A stretch of DNA of 57,528 bases, filler included, from Sphacelaria rigidula (taxonomy: Eukaryota): the NCBI GenBank assembly GCA_964200075.2. It is 4 parts of 4 records of this genome, joined end to end, with 100 filler letters (N's around TTAATTAATTAA, not from the genome) between each part and the next. Parts side by side here need not be neighbours in the genome. Positions count along the whole stretch, not along the records: positions 14,410 to 28,717 come from CAXNAA020002325.1; positions 28,818 to 43,123 come from CAXNAA020002326.1; 2 more parts are not named here. One strand, 5' to 3'. The notes beneath the pieces were generated by a model. The model was not told the DNA's origin. It was given only the letters and a program-made list of their open reading frames with translations, and did not search any database. This document shows positions 24,041 through 36,000 of the stretch, in pieces; position 1 is the first letter of the stretch; every line of letters starts with the position of its first letter. A program made the position numbers and the translations under genes.

Positions 24041-25376
24041 CCGCGGGTACAGGAAAAAATGACATTTTCAGACTCGGAGTGATCCTTTCCACGATGGACA
24101 GTATGTGGAGTATACCAATTTCCACCCTCCTAGGAACATGATCCTTTTCATGATGAAAGTGCTTGGGGAAGAGACACCGTGGATTGGCCTTGCTGCACTT
24201 GTTCTACATATCGTTCCAGCACAGTCGTCCGTAGGTTACAAATCCGTTTTGGGCAACACTGGCGCTTTCCAATAGAAGAGGTCAAGTCAACAAAAAATGG
24301 CGGGCGTGTCAACAATAAGCAAGTTTATGGAGGAACAAAACCATGACAAACCATGACCACGTACGGAAAGATCGAGGTTTTCTGGAACGGTCTCGACTTG
24401 AAGTAGTAATATAGTGTAACATCCACCTGGCCCTCATGCCGGGCGGGAAACGACGGAGGAGGATCAAGAATATCCTTGCGAATCCGTGATTTAGATATAT
24501 CGTGAGAAATTGGCCCACGTCATCTAAATACGCCGAAAATTCCGCAATTACATGCCTCAACAATTCATCCCAAAGTTGGGTTCAAATTGATGGAGAGAAC
24601 GAGCGATTCAGAGTAGAGAGGTGCTCTGGAACTTCCGCCTCAAGAACTGGTGGAGTCACTGATCAGCAAAAGCGTGATCGTGGCGTGTCCACTCGACCCA
24701 CTGCCGCGACAGCAGTATTTGCCTCGGCAATGGGACAACGGATTCCGACTGCATCGCCGCAAGTTTGGAGGAACAAAACACAGTCGACCAAGTACTGCAC
24801 GAACTTCAAACCAAGTAGCCGACCAATGCTGCGAAAGGCAAAACAAGTCACCCTGACCAGTGCAAAATGCTCAACTGAGGACTGCCACGAAACGTGGACG
24901 TGACCACAAACAGCCGGGAAGTGATATACTTGTCAAGGTTCGTAACATAATTGTCTCAGAATCACCATGTGTCACAACACGGGAAGTAACGACGAAAGGG
25001 AACACGAAATAGGAAATGCGACATTGCCTTTCAAATTGTATTCCATCTATAATATCCTCAGGCTGACCCCTCCCCTGCTCACGACTGGCAGCAAGTGCTG
25101 ACATATTTACACCACGAACGCCCCCGGGCACCGGGGCGCGGAGACGACGCAAAGCAAACACACGAACCAAGAAACCACTCCGGAGCAACACGGAAACTTT
25201 TCCAAAAAGCCTCCTAGTGACATCTACCCTACTCCATGAGCAACGCAAAGATATGACGCATCATTGAACGCGTCTGTAAAACTGTGTAGTCTTCGATCGT
25301 TCAACGCCGGCTTGGAAAAAAATACTGGCCGAACCCGACAACTCCCAACAGTATTCCCAACGGGCCCAGAAGGGCC

Positions 25377-28334
25377 TCAGTTGAACGTGTACGACGCGCC
25401 CACGAGGTCGTTGATGATGTACGGCTGGTTCGACAACTCCTCGTGCACCATCATCGCCAGAATACCCATCTGCGCTGCGCGACCGTTGTTCAACTCGATC
25501 GCGCGCTTCGACGCCTGCGTCTCCTCCGACATCGATGTCCATGCGTCCGGGGTGCCCGCCAAAGTAAAGTCTCCCGGGAACGATCCCTCCACGTTCTTCA
25601 TCACCGCCAGCTCAAGGAAACCGATGAAAGCCACGATCTGGGCCAGACCCGCCGGCGGGATCTTCGACAGAGCCGCCACACCGTTCGGCATGTCGGCGAA
25701 AGAGATGCCCGCCGACGTCGACAGCATGCCGGGCAGTCGGGTGTTCTGCTGGGTCAAGTGACCGGCGATCGCCAACATGGCAATGCGGCCGTGCTTCACC
25801 TCCACGTAGCGCAGTCGGTCGAAGCGCTCCTGGTCGGCGTCGGCCAGAAGGCCGAGCGGGTCCCAGAACCCGAGCGGGGGCTGTGCGCCGATCTCGGACT
25901 CGAACGCCATCTTCATCGCGGACGACGACCGCGCGGCCTGGGTCACGGCGGCACCGTTGAAGGCGCTGCAAGTTTTGCATGGAAGAGTGGATCAAAGGGA
26001 GGGGAGGAGGGCATGTGGGCGACTAGCAAATGTCAGGAACAGCTGACCATGATACTTACACTCCATCAGCATGATTTTCAAGCCGGGTCATTACTTCGTC
26101 ATGTGGGCGAGTGTGGGTTTTAGGTAGGAGACTGACCGAAGAAGCGGTGATGTGACCCAGCAAGATGTTACAGGCTCTAGATCATGCTACAAAAGGAGTG
26201 GTGGAATGGTCATCTCTCGCTGTACAGCCGCGCTCTGCCAGCACACATGTGCAACGATCAACCACAGCAACACTGGGATCCGCAAGTTTCGTCTCCGGCT
26301 ACACAGAAAGGGCTCGATCCCGGGAATCGGTATAGAAGAGGATGACAGGCAATAAAGAGGCACACAAAATGTAGTTGAAGGAGGGCGTGTTTTCGAAACG
26401 CTTGCCATGTTTGTATCGCCACCACCCATGGAACCGAAACTGAAGTCAATCGCGAACTTTTTCTCAGGTGTGCGTGTTGGTGCAGCGAGTGGCAAATACT
26501 GACATAAATCCTGGCATGAGAGAGGCTGTGCCTAGGCATCCTTGATCCCGTCCACGTGCCCGTGTCACGACAAAGCCGCCGAGATGTCGTATTTGTTACA
26601 GTCCATCCATCTCGTCACTGCCATAATGGGCTCTGACCTTACGGAATGAGAGTATGCTCGAGCGAACACGCGATGGAAGGCTGGCGGGTCCCAATGAACG
26701 TTCCGCGACGAATCTGGAATCAATATTGCTTACTCGCGATATCATCTCGAACATCTGGCCAACCCTTGCCGTGGGCCTCGCCTCGGGACGGTTTCGCGTG
26801 CTGACAGGTCGGAGTCACACCGTTCCCGGTGGGACGGTGTTTGTCCTCATATCAACAACGAGGCTTACAAGAGTCGACCAGAGTGTTCCAGAGACAAACT
26901 CCAAGTCGAGCAAAAAGCCTCAAGGCAGGGAAGTGGCCACTTTTGCTGGCGACTGGTCACCGCAGCGGAGAGCGACCGCACGCGGGTTGTATATCGTTGT
27001 ATCCAGCCGCTGATAAACAAACGTTCGTCTGTACGGTACAGCACAGTCGTCAGCAACACGTGAAAAAATCAAGTACGACTGAGACAGTGGAACATGTAAG
27101 ACATGCTCGATGTGCGCCAGCACCGCCCACAGAGTATTTGAGACAGCCAAAGTATGGCACGAGATCGATATGTTCGCGCGTGTATCGCACCGCTAGCGGG
27201 TACCGGTGTACACCACTTGGAAACCATGAAAGTGTTCACCTCACGACGATGGCTCCGTCGAGACATCAAGACATGCACGTACATTCCCTCTTGGATATTT
27301 CCACCAACCCGTACACACGCTCGAAGTCCACTTTTTCACGCAAATCCTGCGAGGAGGCGTGCCGTTTCTCACATCAAGAGACAACTCATGATCCTCTACT
27401 GGTACGTCCTCAAGTTTCGTTCAACCAAGTACGTTCTCGTGGGCAGAATTACATGTTGGAACTGGACGGTGGTGACGTGTACTCGGTCAGGATCTCGCGT
27501 GTTCCTGGGTCCTGGAAGGTACATCTAAACATCCAACTCCACAAGTTGCTAGACGGACGACGAGAAAAACAATTACACGATTACATCGCTGCAAAGTGTT
27601 CAGGAGAAAATGGATTCGCTCAAGGCGCGCACGAGGTGCTGCTCGGGAAAGTACTCTTGTCGGGCTGCAGGGGGATATGATATCGGCACACCGATGAATC
27701 GTCCGATGCAGTCTCCCGTAGCAAGTAGCAAGTCATGTTCTTCCGCAAAACGGATACGAGTAGACGGCCGGATACACTGAACGACCTGGACCAGATCATC
27801 AATCTTGTGCTTATAACAAGCATGCGCCACCGCATGTGGCAAGCGCACCACAAGTGCAGCGCGCAATAACGAAACGTGAAGCCATTAGTAGAGACATTCC
27901 GCGAAATAGTACTGTTGTTACAGCATGCTGTCGAATCGGCCACTTGGCATGATCGAAGCTGGTACGCCGTCAACTGCAGGTCACACATGTAGCCAACATC
28001 GAATAAACCAAACAGAGATGAAGGTGCTGCGCACAGCCACAGCTCCCACAACATGACTTGGGCGTTGATACGAGAACCAGCGCACACTGAAGGTGGCCTC
28101 AGTTCACACACGGGACCAGCTAGGACCGAGAGGTACCGCGATGTACTGTACTAGTACTGTCGTGTTGTGCGACACCTCTGAATGAACGGAAACCTCTCCG
28201 ACACGGACTACACTGCGAAGCACCAGAAATCAACAGAATGTAACTAGACACCACGACGCCGATCAATCTCACCTAGGGGCGACAAACGCCTGGGCACCAG
28301 CGGCGCAAGCAACAGCCATGACTGCGGACTTCAT
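25377..28334 (-). CDS. LHCF: Fucoxanthin-chlorophyll a/c binding light-harvesting protein, 216 aa. Exon 1 28334-28273, intron 28272-25966, exon 2 25965-25377
   Basis: Exon 1 encodes MKSAVMAVACAAGAQAFVAP (signal peptide with ASAFAP-type AQAFVAP). GTGAG donor, TGCAG acceptor, phase 2 (AG|C = Ser). Exon 2 has GFWDPLGL, ERFDRLRYVEVKHGRIAMLA and ELNNGRAAQMG LHC motifs. The CDS is 651 nt, in frame. Confidence 0.97.
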
Positions 28335-28717
28335 CTTGGTTGAATAGGGTAGGTAGAGAGTGAAGAAGCTCGGGGTGTGGTTAAGAAATGGGATGGACGT
28401 GATCGGGGTGTGCGAGAATGGGAGAGTGTTCGCATGTGGAACTTAGAACCTACTGCAGAACCTACAGAACCTGCCTATTGTAGTGGTATGAGTTACAGTA
28501 AAGTATCTTTCACATGGTTGAATTCTGCTATTGTTTCGTTGTCATTTTGGATTTTATTGGATTTTATTGTGTTGTGTGCCGTTGTTCGCGAAACAGCAGC
28601 AAGACACGGCCTCTTCCAGTTCTTGCCCATACCCGGTTGGTGTGTGTCGCGGGCGTCGGGGGGGGGCGGGGGGGGTGAGGACAGGGGACATTTTGCGTAA
28701 TGTACAAGTAGCATTTA

Positions 28718-28817
28718 NNNNNNNNNNNNNNNNNNNNNNNNNNNNNNNNNNNNNNNNNNNNTTAATTAATTAANNNNNNNNNNNNNNNNNNNNNNNNNNN
28801 NNNNNNNNNNNNNNNNN
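28718..28817. other. Artificial contig-join linker
   Basis: N run with central TTAATTAATTAA. Confidence 0.95.
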
Positions 28818-28976
28818 TACATTACACAAGAAACTCTTACATATCTTATCCCCGTCCTGTTTCGCCGTCTCTGGCCACCATCTATCCCCTAGGGGGATTT
28901 GGGGGGGAAGGGGAGGGGTCAGGGATAGAGCGCCGCGTTAAACACGTCAAAGGTTGACACACATTTCACAAGTGAA

Positions 28977-29674
28977 CAAGAGCAGGTTGGGTTGGGTATG
29001 TACTTTGGAATACTGAGATGAAGTACCCAGGTATTTACTCTACCCGAGGTTTGGGTAGATTGGATACAGCCTCACATGTGTGTTTTGTGTTGTCGTCCCC
29101 TCTATTCTGGACGCCGGTCTACACCTTTCGGTACATATGTGGGCGCACCAGCCGGGGTCACACAGGAGTAAGGCCAACAAAGGAGCTTTTCTTCTTTTTT
29201 TTTAGTACCCCACCTTCCTTCTGCGGTGTTTGCCTTCATCAATTTTTTTCAACGCAAGAGAGGTTGAGCAATCCCTTTCCCCCATCGACCGTTAAGTCGA
29301 ATTTTGTGTACCCACGACCAAGTCGCTCTCCACGGTTGGGCATGGTGTGAGAAAAAATCCCGTATCACTCCGAAAATTGAACCCACGACGCAACCGTCAG
29401 AACGTGTAGAGGTTACCAACTGAGCCACCGGGGCAACCGGCCATAAAGTGCCCCTTCGTACCTTCCAGCCGCATGTTTTCCATCGAAAGAGCCAAGGGCA
29501 GGTCGGGGAGGGCATGTTCTTTTGAATACTCGGGTAGAATGTCTGGATATATACTTTTTCCAAATTTTGGGTAGATTGGGCACGAATTTAATACTCTACC
29601 CGAATGTTTGGGTACTAGGAGTATGACTTTTCAAAATACCGAGTATTGGGAATACCCTACCCGATCTGCCCTTG
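28977..29674. mobile_element. Composite hAT-type MITE with a nested SINE and an extra internal left TIR
   Basis: Left CAAGAGCAGGTTGGG (28977), second left CAAGGGCAGGTCGGG (29493), right CCCGATCTGCCCTTG (ends 29674). 8-bp TSD CAAGTGAA/CAAGTGCA (7/8). Confidence 0.75.
29075..29440 (-). mobile_element. tRNA-derived SINE, family 2
   Basis: Homologous to 23700-24040; head CCCCGGTGGCTCAGTTGGTAACCTC on the minus strand. Confidence 0.75.
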
Positions 29675-30024
29675 CAAGTGCAGTGGTTGTTTCAATATTC
29701 CGTAGTAAAAGAGTTCAGCGGTAAAGAGCACCACGGGGGCAGGCGAAGAGCCAAGAAATATCTAGACCAGAGCGCTCATGGCCCGTCGGTAACCAGTAGA
29801 GGGCGCCAAGGGCGCGCGTGGTCTTCCGGGTTCCGAAAGTGCAGGTTGTACAAATCAAGGTACTGCGAGAGCACGGAGAAGCAACTAAGACGAACCGAGA
29901 CTAGACGACAAAAGCTGCTCAAATGGCCCTGAACTTCTCTTAACGAGCGCCATATCCACATGTACAAAAAGGACGCGCGCATGCATGCACTACACACAAA
30001 TCCACCAACACACACATACACACA

Positions 30025-33000
30025 TGCTTCTCAAGCGGCGACATGGCGCCCAGCGGTGCCCCACCCAAGCTCTCCGGCCACCAATGTCGCCGGCGCTCGC
30101 GCCGCACGTCCATCCCATCCCCGCTTCCTCGGAATGACGTCGGCCTTCCGAACGTCCTAGCCACGTCGGCATCGATGGCCTTCGACCATCGGGAGTCACC
30201 GCCCATCCTCGACAGCTCCGAGAGGCTCGCACGCCTGCCGCTGCCCGATGCGCCACTTTCATTGCTATTATCCCTTGCCGGTACCGAATCATCGCCGTCG
30301 GGTGCTTTTCCTTCCGCGTATGGTCTGTTCGATTGACGTTGTTATACGATTGCGTGTAAATGAGAAGCGGCGCGATAACGAACGTGCGCATGGATATTTG
30401 TCGGCAAATGAGAGCAGGGAGACGATACGGGTTTGAGTTGTGTTTGATTGGGCTGAGGAGTTGTTGGACGGGTGGGTAGCAAGCGTTGACCTTTTCAGCG
30501 CCTGCGGCCAATTTGCAGATCTGACAGTGCCGCCAACCTTTGAAAAATGGCAGTAGTGTTGTCGTAGATCGCCGCTGGTTCCCCGTTCGGGCACTTGATA
30601 GATATTATTTCGCGCGTGAGTTTTGACCAATAGGATTGCAGTCCGCAATGGTTGATAGGGCGGGTTGGGGGTTTCGTCGGCCGTGCCTGCCGAAAGCTCA
30701 GCAGCACACAGCCACAGGTGGAAGCAGGAGGTGTGGGCAGGATAACCTCGTCCCTGCGGTTTCATGCATGTTGCATGCTGTGAGCTTGTGTCAACGTGTG
30801 TGATCGACCTGCTCAATCGGCCGTTGCGGGTGGGCGTGATATTTTCGCGACCCTCCGGTCCAAAATCAAAACACCACCGAACCACATCCGCGCGCCACCT
30901 GCAGCGCATACACCTCCCATCACATATGCCATGCCCTTCAGCTGTCCAGCAGCGAACGAACAGCGGAATGCATGTGAGAGACACGCAGGTATACACTCCT
31001 GCCCACGCGATCACGGCTGCTGTGCTGCGTTGTTCAAAACTGTGACAAGGCAGTGCCGCTGGCCTCGGCCCATTTACGAATAACTATACGACGATGCGCG
31101 GCATGTGCGTGGCAACGGTCTCTTCTACGTAGACGTTGCCTGTCCCAAAATCAGCTGTTTTGAACCCCAGGAAAAAAAGCAAAAATAAAAAATATACGCG
31201 TTAGATGTTGGGCGTTGAAAGAGTCATGAGAAGAGACGATATGGAGTTTCCCATCAGGTGTCGCATACGTGGGCTGGGGTCTATTTGAGCGCATCACAAA
31301 CCCCAACAAGGATGGCGCAGTTGCTTCTAATTCGCAACACCCGTTGGTTGGTTCTTGCAGGCCGACAACCCTCGGTCGGTGCACAGGAGACGCGCCGCCC
31401 GCAAGCGACTTGAAAAAGAAAACCACTACACTCCCGTCACCGCCCCGGCATCTAACGTGAACACATCATTACCGCACCGAACATCAACAACACGATCCCC
31501 ACGCGCTCACATTTACACACATACATACACAGCGCACACATGATACCTCACGAAATACTCTCACCACGTCACGTCACTCCCAAAAACTCACCTTCGAAGA
31601 ATCATATGCTCCCAGAAGGCCGCCCGACACTTGGGCGTGACACCGGCGCGCCGCACCACGAGCTTGAACAGTCGATCTTCCTTCTCCGTCACCACCCGCC
31701 TCCAACTCGCGCACACAGCCTTACACCTGGCAACGCCCTCCACACTGCCGACGAACTCCACCACCGATCGCACACCTTCCGGAAATACAGATCCAAACGC
31801 CGCCGCCGCCGCTGCCGATGACGGCTCGACCCGGGATCCAACTGGCGAACTCGCTTTTTCTTGATGCCCCGTCTTCGGAGTTGCGCACCTCTTTCGTTCA
31901 GCGGCAAGCGCAGACCGATGGTGCGGGTCGCGGCGCGATCCTTCCCGCTTCCGGTGCTCCCTCTCTTCGTCAACGCCCCGCCGCCGGCGCCGCTCCCGAG
32001 GTTCCCGTGCCTTGTGTTCCCGTTCCCCGTGATGCCTGCTGCTTCTTCGTCTTCTCTCGTCTTTGCTAGCGCTGCTATGTTCGCCGCTGGCGTCAGCGCC
32101 CACGCCGCCCTTCTCTCCTTCTCCAGCATCCGCTGTGCCATTCGACTCTTCCGCGTCGATCGCGGCCGCCGCCGAGGTGGTGGTGAGGCGCGAAGAACTA
32201 TGGCTCCTGCTCCTGGTGCTGGTACTACTCTGTTTGGTATCTTTCTTCCTTCTCCCCCAGATTTTCTTAGACGCAGGCAACAGTTTCGCCTCGTGTGCCT
32301 TCGCTGTCGACGAACCCTGCGCGGGATACTCTGACGCGGGAAACTTTTCTTCCGCCCGATCAGACCTGTTGCTAACGTTTTTGGCACCGGCAGCGTTGGT
32401 CGGCCGTGGTGGGGTTTGGTACAGCAAAAAGCCGGTCGGAGACGATACACCCGGCAGTGCTTTCGCGAGCACCGGACCGTTGACGTTCGATTCAGGCTTG
32501 TCTTCGTTACCCGGCGGCGTCGCCCGGCTCGCGTCCTCCATGGAATTGACCAGGGTTGGTCGCGGCGATCGGCTCGGTGCTTTCACCTCACATGCGCTAC
32601 TCCCATCTGCAATGCCCTTCGCTTCACCAGTACCTCCAGTGCCGAGACCGGCCGAAGGTTCCTTGCTGTTGTGCGGTACGCTAGTGCTATTGGTGGCGGA
32701 GGTGATTGAGGTACCTTTCCTGTAAGTATCGTTGCCCGCTGCTGCTACAACGCGACTTGCCGACTCCGACTGTTTTTCGTTGAGAGATACAGAAGGCTCA
32801 TCTGCTACCGCGGTGCCCGAGTCGGCCGCGCCGACAGGGGGGACGAGCGATTCGCCCTTGGTTTCAACGGAGCCCACAACCTCTACATCTCCGGCTATTA
32901 TTCCCATCGCGCGATCTTCTGAAGCGGTCTGAGAAACAGGTGGCAGTGACGCCAAGAGCACACTTTTTGAAGTCAGGCTCGACACCGGAAACCGTGTAGG

Positions 33001-36000
33001 GTCCGGAGCTGATGCACGACGAGGGGCGTGTTTCGCGGTACTCGCCCTATGGATACATTCCTGCGATAAATAGGGTCGGTGACCGGGTGGCGAGCGACGG
33101 GCACCATCGTGGCCACCTTTGGTGGCGGAAGCGATAGCGAACACAGCAGGCTTGGGCGGGACAGAGCAAATGGGTACCGCACCATCGTTCGCGGCGAGGC
33201 AAGCACCCTCGGTGATACGCTTTGTTGCGGTCCCAACAGCTAGCCCAGCGCCCGATTTTACTACTTGCTCGTTCGGAGCTCTAGGCTCCGCAGGAGGGGA
33301 GGACGGAGCAGAAGTCAGCAGCACTGATGTTGGCGGCGATGCTGAAGACGCGGAGGAAGACGAAACCGACGACGACAGAGAAGGTCGAGTCCGCAGCGGC
33401 GGCATCGGGGGCCGTTTCAATTCTGGCTTCGGCTTTGACGCGGACATATGAGGCGACCTTGACCTCAACTCTAACTCCGACCCCGACCCCGACCCCGATC
33501 CGTCCACCGCTTGCGCCGCCGCCAGTGCTGCTTGAAATGTCGACCGATGCTGTAACGCCGGACTCAAAATTTCGTTCACCGCGACGGACCTCACCGCGAC
33601 GGAAGTCTTGTCCTGGGTCGTGGCCGCCGGACTAGACGACGGTCTCGACTTCGCATTGGAATGATTTACGGGAGCCCTCGCCGGTGCTGCCTTCGTAGAC
33701 AACGAGGTCGCCGCAGCCAATATCACAGCCGCCTTGATGTCGGGAGCGGAGCTACCACCGCCACCGCCGCCCTCGTCCGTTGCCGGGGTTACCTTGGCGG
33801 GTGGGTGAAGACGAGGTACCGCCGCCACTAGCCCATGTTGGTGCCGATTCTTGTGAGGCTGGGTCTGCTGACGAATCTCTTTCGTCAGCGAACCACCGGA
33901 GGCAGCAAAACGATCTTCGGCCTCCGCCGGGGAGGGAGATCGAGTGCTTCGCGAACGAGACCGGGAAGCGTTTCGCGACGCAAGCACCGTGGACGCCGAA
34001 TTAGAGGGGGGGGGCGATGACGACGGCTGACCTTGCTTGCCCCGGCTCCCCTTCGACAGCGCCGACCGAGTCGCCCGATCTTGCCCGCTTCGCGTGTGTT
34101 TCGAGCCGCGGTGGGAAGCGAGCGAGGTGTCCGTGACAGCGACGGGGGGTTCTTGCAGCTCGGCGTCCGATGTTACGGCTGCTTCCACCGCCGTCCTCCG
34201 ACCTCTCGTCCCCCTTGGGTGTCCCGCTGCGTCGCCCTTGGGTGTCAAGACACCGGCAGCGACCAGCGCGCCGGTCTTAGCGTCACCGAATGGTTTAGAG
34301 GTAGCTACTCGAATGGATGCCTTCAAATTCTTCACACCCGTGATCCCTACGCTTACAACGTCTTGCTGAGGGCAGTTCGGGGTCGATGAAGGCGATCGAG
34401 TGGCCTTTACGGCGGGAGGGACGCCGCCAAAATACGAAGATGGAGGCTTCCGCGGCATGACGCCGGAAGAGCTGGAGATTTGAGCGACGGCCCCGGCGTC
34501 GGCGCCAGCGCCACCGACAGACGTGATACGCACGCTCTTTCCCACGGTACTGGAATCTACCGCATCATGGCCCGTTGCATTAGTCGCCGCTGGTTTCGTG
34601 AGGCCTCCCAGCGGCGCCGTTGATCCTGCTTGAGCGTCCCACGACGAAGACGGCTTGGGCTCCGCCAATGGAGATGCCACCGCGGTTGCCAGTGGCGGGA
34701 CGTTTGGCGCCCTCGGTCCGGGCTCGCACGAGCGCGACCTCCGACGGACTCCTCCTGTTCTCCTTGATACTCGGGCATCATTTAATCTTATCTGGCACTC
34801 CCGGAGAATCAGTAGCAGACGTCGCACTGCGTCTACGTCGCCTGCGCACGCCTCATCAACCTGTTTCGCCAATTAGGTAGGGAAAAAAAGTCCAAACGAT
34901 CAGGTATGAGAGACCCTGAGACAGGTGACGATCCAACGCCCGAGACCCGACCAGACGGACACTTGATTCCTGCGCGCGAAACACACACATGATCGGTAAG
35001 ATGCCAAACCTGGAGTACACTGTAGGGGAAGGGGTCCCACCATAGTGCGATGCCCCGCGATGTTTTAGTCAGGATCGCGTGTCAGAGGCCCGATCCGAAT
35101 CCCTCGCATCCAATCCGCTATACTAGTATCAATATACTTGCAATAAATCAGTGTACTGTGAAATCAGACCAAAGCGCGGCAATGTCGGGCTGATTACTCA
35201 CAGTGCTGGGGGGTGGGCAGGGAAACAGCAAATACTCACCAGCGGCGTCTCGACCAAGGCACACGGCGGTCTTCTTTGCCCCAGCCTCACATCGCCTCCC
35301 CACCCATCCGCGAATGTATGTGTCTACTAGGACTAGCACTAACCAATTTCGAAAATTTCTTGAGGTCGACCGACCAGCCCGCCTTCGATTCAACACCCAA
35401 GGAAGATCAAGCTGGCCCCCGCCGAAAATGAGATGAAGGACAAATTCTGCGAGTCCCACATCGTGTCGGATACCAATAAGTGCCGCCGCGCGCCCGCGGT
35501 AAAAACTGGTACATCAACATGAGGCCGGGTTATACTTGTGGGTTCCAATCTTTGACGGGACCGTGCCGTCTGTTTTTCTTCCTTTCCCCGTCTTACGAGA
35601 AGGTGAGAACTGGAGTATATCAAAACAAATAAAATCGACGGGAGCCGACGGGCTGCCAGAGAACTGATGCATGCTACAATCGATAATGAATGTTCAAAGC
35701 AAATACAGGGGGAAAATATGGGTTCATATCCCGAGGCGTACTCATTTGTTGTTTGCCTTAGTCGTTTGACCAATGACCACGCATCCCTTTCGAGACGGAG
35801 CACCGTTCTTACTCCTAGAAGAGAAACCCCCAACATCTCGGTGCTCATTGCGTTTTTCCCATACGTCGCACAAAAACCGTTCACATAACTTATCCCCGTC
35901 CTGTTTCGCCGTCTGTGGCCACCGTCTACCCCCAGGTATAGCCATCGTTTTCTCCCTCCGGTCTAATACATCAAACGATTCCAAGGGTCGGAAAAATAAT

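Noticed and set aside
25264..26123. ORFs antisense to or overlapping LHCF exon 2, and the GTAAGT at 26059-26054 as the LHCF donor
   Set aside because: GC-rich shadow frames. The true exon 1 with signal peptide and correct phase is at 28334-28273.
28420..28717. GGGAGAG-TGTT as a polypurine tract plus LTR start upstream of LHCF
   Set aside because: No matching CA end or internal retroelement sequence before the gap; could be promoter DNA.
31631..34880. Numerous + strand ORFs within the large TBC-gene exon, and 37415-38056
   Set aside because: Antisense shadows of GC-rich coding exons.
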